A DNA stretch of 64,000 nt, taken from assembly GCA_964016885.1 (NCBI GenBank), contig OZ024764.1, positions 1,116,001 to 1,180,000 on the forward strand. Direction: 5' to 3'. Under the pieces are notes generated by a model. It saw nothing but the letters and a program-made list of their open reading frames with translations, made no database searches and had not been told where the DNA came from. Below, in pieces: positions 26,938 to 35,859 of this stretch; within the stretch, counting starts at the first letter, position 1, and every line of letters starts with the position of its first letter. A program made the translations under genes and the position numbers. Source of the DNA: Eledone cirrhosa (taxonomy: Eukaryota).

Positions 26938-29900
26938 GGGCCTTCCAGTTTCATTTCACATTATATACATATATACTCTTTTACCTGTTCCGCCATCCAG
27001 CTGAGGCCATGTTGGGGCACCACCCTTGTTGCTACACATTCTATCTCCAGCCTTTGTTGGTTGGCCACTGGTGCAAGAGGGAGTTTGTTGTTGTTGCTGC
27101 CCTTAGGTTACCTTAGTACCGTGCTGTGGGCTCATCTGAGACCCTGGATAGCAGGGTGTCGATATGTTTCTTGAAAACATCCACGTCCACACCATGCAGA
27201 TCTCTCAAATCCCTTGGCAGCTTGTTGAAGAGTTGAGGGCCCTTGAACTTCAGGCTATTGCAATATCTGCTCCTTATTCTAGATGTGGGAGACGGGACCT
27301 TAGGCACCACACAGTGACGTCCTGTTCGGGGGTTGGTCCAGCTCCCAATACAACATCTGTGTATATTTTAATTATTTAAAAATTATTTTTAAGTGAACAT
27401 GACCCAACAGGTCAAGGGTGGTCTAGTATATATATATTGATTATTTTATTTTGTTTTACATCCAGGGACTGACGCAACCGAACCCTTTGATGATGTTAGC
27501 CATTCCACCGATGCCAGGGAGATGATGGAGAAATATTATATTGGTGAGCTACATGATGTGAGTGTCTAGCTACTTGTTTATATCATGTTTGCCTATGGCT
27601 GAGTGAGACAAAAAAATAAGTAAAAAAATAAATCACCCAGGGGCGCCTTCTGTAGACAACAAAATTAACACTAAAGTGTCAACTAGCATAATTGATATAG
27701 GAAGTTAAGATAACAATGTGGTGAATATGTGAGAGAAAATATTAAATGTGGTGTAACCCTTTAGTATTTACATTACTCTATATATACTATTGTATTTTCA
27801 CAGTAAAGGCTTTATCTCACATAACATTTACACTACTCTATATATACTATTGTATTTTCACAGTAAAGGCTTTACCTCACATAATACCTCACATAACATT
27901 TACATTACTCTATATATACTATTGTATTTTCACAGTAAAGGCTTTACCTCACATAATATTTACATTACTCTATATATACTATTGTATTGTCACAGTAAAG
28001 GCTTTACCTCACATAATATTTACATTACTCTATATATACTATTGTATTGTCACAGTAAAGGCTTTACCTTACATAATATTTACATTACTCTATATATACT
28101 ATTGTATTGTCACAGTAAAGGCTTTACCTTACATAATATCTTACATAATATTTACATTACTCTATATATACTATTGTATTGTCACAGTATAGGCTTTACC
28201 TCACATAATATCTCACATAACTTTTACATTACTCTATATATACTATTGTATTTTCACAGTAAAGGCTTTACCTCACATAATATTTACATTACTCTATATA
28301 TACTATTGTATTGTCACAGTAAAGGCTTTACCTCACATAATATTTACATTACTCTATATATACTATTGTATTGTCACAGTAAAGGCTTTACCTTACATAA
28401 TATCTTACATAATATTTACATTACTCTATATATACTATTGTATTGTCACAGTATAGGCTTTACCTCACATAATATCTCACATAACTTTTACATTACTCTA
28501 TATATACTATTGTATTTTCACAGTAAAGGCTTTACCTCACATAATATCTCACATAACATTTACATTACTCTATATATACTATTGTATTTTCATCAATGTC
28601 TAGTGGATCAGAGGGGGTACATTTGAAAATTTTACCCTATATTTACATGTTTCTATCTTAGTCTTTCTTTCTATTAACACAGGATGACAAAACAAAGAAG
28701 ACTAAAGTAAGTATCATTATTATTATTATTATTATTATTACAAGGGCGATGGATTGGCGGTATCGGTAGAGGGTCGGACACCATGCTTTACAGCACAGAG
28801 TTACAGCCCTTTATGATCTGAGTTCAAATCCCACTGAGGTTAACTTAAAGGGTTGATCAAATAAAGTACCAGTAATGAACTGGGATTAATATTGTCAACC
28901 TTCGCCTTCCTCTTCGTTCCAAGTTCAAATCCTGTCGAGGTTAACTTTGCCTTTCATCCTTACGGGGTTGATAAAATAAAATACCAGTAGTGCACTGGGG
29001 TCGATTTAATCGACTTTCCCCTCCCCCAAAATTGCTGGCCTTGTGCCTCTACTAGAAACAATTATTATTACAAGCTGTCAAAAATGATGACTAATTGTAA
29101 TATCTATACATAATATAAAAAAGAGAAGTTTGTTGGTTGCCTGGTTCCTTCACACTCACACAAGGGATACAAACATACAAACACAGTCAATGTGTGTAGC
29201 CAAATCACTACACATACACACACACATCTGTGACGAATCTTAGAACGCTGGACTTCTATAGTTTCTCACCCCTCCTTCCTCAGTCATCACGTAAGTGTTT
29301 GTGTATTAGACACCCCCTCCTTCCTCAGTCATCTCCAGGCTATTGCAATATCTGCTCCTTATTCTAGATGTTTGTGTATTAGACACCCCCTCCCTCCTTC
29401 CTCAGTCATCACATAGATGTTTGTGTATTAGATACCCCCTCCTTCCTCAGTCATCACATAGATGTTTGTGTATTAGACAACCCCTCCTTCCTCAGTCATC
29501 ACATAGATGTTTGTGTATTAGACACCCCCCCCCCCCTCCTTCCTCAGTCATCACATAGATGTTTGTGTATTAGATACCCCCTCCTTCCTCAGTCATCACA
29601 TAGATGTTTGTGTATTAGACAACCCCCCTCCTTCCTCAGTCATCACATAGATGTTTGTGTATTAGACAACCCCCTCCTTCCTCAGTCATCACATAGATGT
29701 TTGTGTATTAGACACCTCCCTCCTTCCTCAGTCATCACAGATGTTTGTGTATTAGACACCTCCCTCCTTCCTCAGTCATCACATAGATGTTTGTGTATTA
29801 GACACCTCCCTCCTTCCTCAGTCATCACATAGATGTTTGTGTATTAGACACCTCCCTCCTTCCTCAGTCATCACATAGATGTTTGTGTATTAGACACCTC

Positions 29901-30610
29901 CCTCCTTCCTCAGTCATCACATTGATGTTTGTGTATTAGACACCCTCTCCTTCCTCAGTCATCACATAGATGTTTGTGTATTAGGCACCCCCCCTTCCTT
30001 CCTCAGTCATCACATAGATGTTTGTGTATTAGACAACCCCCCCCTCCTTCCTCAGTCATCACATAGATGTTTGTGTATTAGACACCCCCCTCCTTCCTCA
30101 GTCATCACACTATCGTCTGAATTCAAATCGTAATATCGAATCTATGAGATTTTGATATTATTTATTTTGAGAACAATACCTTAACATAAGTATGAGCGGC
30201 CAGTTACAGCCTATTTCAATAGAAAGAGGTGGGGGAATTGTGGCTGGATATGGCTGGTTTAAATGCTAAAGGGTTACATAAGTAGACCTGCCAACCTTAC
30301 CATAAACCTAATGAGCATCTGTATTACATAGATAACCTTCCAAACCACCCTAAATCTATTAAGAAAACAATAGTTAAAGATATTGTTATATTTGGGGAGG
30401 GCCATGTTGTTATAATATTGCCAGAAAAATATAGTAAAACACACTCACTGTTTGGTTTGGTTTTCCCTTCAGTTTATTTTCATATTTTACTGTCTAACCC
30501 ATGCTAACATGGAAGAATGGACGTAAAACGGTGATGAGGATGATGATGATGATGATTTCTATAAATAATTTAGCTGGCAATCAATGTTTATCATTGATTG
30601 ACCAACAGTT

Positions 30611-30654
<44 letters not shown>

Positions 30655-31996
30655 TTTCTCAATGTTCTTTCATCACACATATGTGACTTCATCAGTGATT
30701 ATCATGTTTCCATGTTTCCTCCCATTGTGTTCCAAAAAGCAGGCCTGTAATAAAGTGCATACGTATAAATGTACCTCTGAAAATAATTATAATTACGATA
30801 TATATATAGTATAGACAACGGTAATAGTTATAGTAAAGATATGATGAATAAAGATGAAATATTGAACGAACCCGCTAAGAATATAAAAGATATTAGGAAC
30901 AGTGATCCAGCTGGATCAGTTGGAGATGGTGTCTTCTGACAGGACCTGCTGGGAGGAGATGTTGAGGACTTTCACCCCATGACTCTCTCTCAGGAATAAG
31001 TGGAAGAAGATGAAGGAAAAAAATGATCCACTAACAAACTTACTTGATAACAACACCTGTACAGGAAAAATATTAAACAATAATACAAACCGGAATTGTG
31101 GTAAGTACCAATCACCCAGACAACTTTGGTCAGCTGTTCCGCAAAATTAATTGTGAAGAGGAATACCAATTCTTGCTCATCAGTGGGTGAAGAATTAGTA
31201 TCCTGAACACTTCCAAGTATATTAAAACACTGAATAGTGTGCGTATATATAATAATGCACAAGGTATCTGAACTTAGCGCGTCTCACAAACTCAAACCAC
31301 TAAAAATAGCAGCCAGGTTTACTCGACTTTTGAATTAGCTCAACAAATTAACGGAGCCGAATATATCAAAGGTATATATTGAGTTAGAAACTGTCTGGGT
31401 GATTGGTAGTTACCACAGTTACTGTTTGTATTTATTTTCTTGATTTATTCTTAAATTGAGTCTGGAAAACCCTATTGTCTATAGTTAGTATTTTTTTTCA
31501 CCTTAGCGAATCTGGTCCCTTACGATTTGAATACATATATGTATATGTCTGTGTTCGTTTTTCTTTTATATATTTGTATATATCTTTGTTGGTAAAATGC
31601 AGATATATTTTGCTTTTGTGTCTATATATATATATATGTATATAGATATAAAGATGGCTTTTGCAGACCCATCGAAACCGGTCATTTTTAAGACCCTTTA
31701 TTCTTTCCTTACCTTATAAAATTATGTTTTTTCACAAAAAAGTATTCTGTCTCTTATATATTCCATGTGCCATTACCAACCTCAATTTTCTCTATAACCT
31801 TCGTTTTGTGTAGAAACTTACACTTTTCATATATATATATATATAGAGAGAGATTTTGAGTATATGTTGGTTGTATACCAACACCTCAGTATGCAGGCTG
31901 GAGCACTTGACGAAGTGCGCAGGTTGGTTTGGTTACTCCAGAGTAATGTAAAATAAATGAAGCTAAATTTTAAACATTTGACTTTTTATTTAACTT

Positions 31997-32035
<39 letters not shown>

Positions 32036-33444
32036 TTGTTTCTACTTTAGGCACAAGGCCAGCAATTACCCAGTGCATTACTGGTACTTTATTTTATCGA
32101 CCCCGTAAGGATGAAAGGCAAAGTCAACCTCGGCAGGATTTGAACTCAGATCGTAAAGGGACGTAACTCTATGCTGGAAAGCATGGTGTCTGACCCTCCA
32201 CCGATACTGCCAATCCACCGCCCATATATATATATATATATATTAATGGTGTATTACAATATCTAAATGCAAATATGTATATATGGGTGTGTGTATTATC
32301 ATCATCATTTAACATCCATCTTCTACACTGGCATGGGTTGGACAGGTTTGTCCCATTTAGTGGCAAGTTGAGTCGGGTGGCTGTGTCTTGCTCAATATAG
32401 GGGAGTCTCTGGCAGGTTTTCTACGGCTGGATGCCCTTCCTAGTGCCAACCTCATTGACAGTGTGGACTGGGAGCTTTTTGCAAGTCTCCTACACAACCA
32501 CTTTACAGTGTGGACTGGGTTTGTGTATATATATGTATGTGTGTACATGTATGTGAGTGAATATATGTGTATTTATGTATATGTTTGCACCCAGCCCTCA
32601 CTGTAAAGTGGTCGTGGAGGTGCCACGGCAAAAAAAGCACCCAGCCCTCACTATAAAGTGGTCCTGGAGGTGCCACAGCAAAAAAGCACCCAGCTCTCAC
32701 TGTAAATGAGGTTGGTGTTAGGAAGGGCATCCAGCTGTAGAGATCAAGCCAGAATCAGTTCCCGTCCCACCCTTGCAAGCAGGGAAAAGCGGACGTAAAA
32801 TGAAATGATGATGATGATGTTTATTTGTCAACATATGCTCCATCTAGGTCAGTACACTTCTGTAAATGTTGATACCAGCCAGCTGTGTAAAACAGGGAGC
32901 CATGTGAATTGAACCATGTCAGAGCAGCTTTTTTTACATCTTCAACCTCATCTCTTCCATGACTTATCCATTTGTAGGTTGTTGATTTCTTTAGGACATT
33001 GTCCCCATAACGGCCATCCGAAAGTGTGTAAATATGTATATAGACATGTACCGCACGGTTAAACCACTGGAAGTGAAGGACCCCTAGCCTTTGTCAGGGC
33101 CTTCTTCTAGGAGAAGGTAACTCAGGAAACTGGGATAACTCCCATATAAAACCTGCGACTCAGTAGTTACAGATGATGTTGATCTTTTCTTCTTTTCAGG
33201 TTATAGCTACTGTCTCTCAGTGGGATTGGCTCAGTGCAGTCTTTCCTCACTTTAAAACATATCTTCACACACAGGCATTGCACGATAGAATTAATTAATA
33301 ATTATTAATAATTGTTTCTACTTTTGGCACAAGGCCAGCAATTATCCCAGTGCATTACTGGTACTTTATTTTATCGACCCCGTAAGGATGAAAGGCAAAG
33401 TTAACCTCCGTGCAATGGCCTTACTCGATAACGAGGGAGAAGCC

Positions 33445-33487
<43 letters not shown>

Positions 33488-33890
33488 CAATCACACATAA
33501 TATATTATGTTTGTCTTTTTATACCATTGCAGCCTCCCATATCAACAGTAACGGAGCCGTGCTCACAAAGGTAAATTGTTTTTTTAAAATTATTTTCTAT
33601 TATTTTTGTGTGTTATTTGCTATACAGAAAAGGGAGTTTGTAGGCATTCTATGTTGTGCTAAACAAAGGGTTAAAGTCTGCCCAAAGCTATCTTAACTCT
33701 CTTAAGACCCCCTCCTGTCACCAATGACCAGGGATTTGTACCTAGAAAGTTCCCCTCTGAGGCACAAGTCCGGGCAAGGGTGTTTGTGGAAGACCACCAG
33801 TCACCCATGTATACCAGTCTCTCCTCTCCACCCCACTGATGTTGTCCAAGAGAAAGGTAATGGCTGATACAGCTTGGTACCAGTGACATC

Positions 33891-33922
<32 letters not shown>

Positions 33923-34075
33923 CACTACACTATATATGTTGTCCAAGAGAAAGGTAATGGCTGCTACAGCTTGGTACCTGTGACATCACAACATATATAT
34001 ATATACACTACACTATATATGTTGTCCAAGAGAAAGGTAATGGCTGCTACAGCTTGGTACCAGTGACATCACAAC

Positions 34076-34114
<39 letters not shown>

Positions 34115-34179
34115 CACTACACTATATATGTTGTCCAAGAGAAAGGTAATGGCTGCTACAGCTTGGTACCAGTGACATC

Positions 34180-34226
<47 letters not shown>

Positions 34227-34288
34227 TACACTATATATGTTGTCCAAGGGAAAGGTAATGGCTGCTACAGCTTGGTACCAGTGACATC

Positions 34289-34365
<77 letters not shown>

Positions 34366-35316
34366 TACACTATATATATGTTGTCCAAGGGAAAGGTAAT
34401 GGCTGACACAGCTTGGCACCAGTGACATTACAACATATATATATATTATATACACTACTATATATATACTTTATACACCATATATATATACACTACACTA
34501 TATATGTTGTCCAAGAGAAAGGCAATGGCTGCTACAGCTTGGTACCAGTGACATCACAACATATATATATATACACTACACTATATATGTTGTCCAAGAG
34601 AAAGGCAATGGCTGCTACAGCTTGGTACCTGTATATACATTACATACATATTATATATACAATTTATACACTACATTTAGACTATATATACACTATACAT
34701 TATAAACATATCATATATATATATACTTTATATACCATATATACACTACACTATATATGTTGTCTAAGGGAAAGGTAATGGCTGATACAGCTTGGTACCA
34801 GTGACATAGCATATATATATATATATGTAGAAGTTGTATTTAATTTGTTGGAATTCCGACATATATAAATGTTTATAACTGATATAGAGCACTCAACAGT
34901 TTACTGGAATAAATATTCCAAATATTAAATAAATGGAAACTATATTTATAAAACCATATTTATTTTATTATATATATTTCAAGGGCGACCAAGACAATAT
35001 TGGTGCGGCTTCATCAGATAAAATACAAAATTTGTTTTATAAATAAAGACGTTCCCATGGAAATCATAACCTTAACAAATTTCCATCCATTAAGGTTATG
35101 ATTACCATGGGTACGTCTTTATTTATAAAACAAATTTTGTATTTTATCTGATGAAAGCGCACCAATATTGTCTTGGTCGCCCTTGAAATATATATAATAA
35201 AATAAATATGGTTTTATAAATATAGTTTCCATTTATTTAATATCTTGATATATATATATATATATATATATAGTATAGACTTATTATATATATATATATA
35301 TATATAGTATAGACTT

Positions 35317-35371
<55 letters not shown>

Positions 35372-35377
35372 TAGACT

Positions 35378-35419
<42 letters not shown>

Positions 35420-35425
35420 TAGACT

Positions 35426-35467
<42 letters not shown>

Positions 35468-35473
35468 TAGACT

Positions 35474-35513
<40 letters not shown>

Positions 35514-35519
35514 TAGACT

Positions 35520-35561
<42 letters not shown>

Positions 35562-35567
35562 TAGACT

Positions 35568-35601
<34 letters not shown>

Positions 35602-35645
35602 TAGACTTATTATATATATATATATATATATATATAGTATAGACT

Positions 35646-35687
<42 letters not shown>

Positions 35688-35755
35688 TAGACTTATTATA
35701 TATATATAGTATAGACTTATTATATATATATATATATATATATATAGTATAGACT

Positions 35756-35795
<40 letters not shown>

Positions 35796-35825
35796 TAGAC
35801 TTATTATATATATATAGTATAGACT

Positions 35826-35859
<34 letters not shown>

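Larger units (their letters stand above)
24640..27426 (+). mobile_element. Non-autonomous Helitron split by nested RTE and LINE insertions
   Basis: The 5' part (24640-24975) and 3' parts (26935-26970, 27357-27426; hairpin tgacc..ggtca then CTAG|T) match the contiguous minus-strand copy at ~36851-37268. Confidence 0.7.
34915..35250. mobile_element. Palindromic double-hammerhead element in cyb5 intron 5
   Basis: Arms ~34915-35075 and ~35090-35247 are near-perfect reverse complements; same family as 4975-5220. Confidence 0.8.

Noticed and set aside
27746-28626. 278-aa and 148-aa ORFs
   Set aside because: Translations of 60/72-bp tandem units derived from a MITE end.
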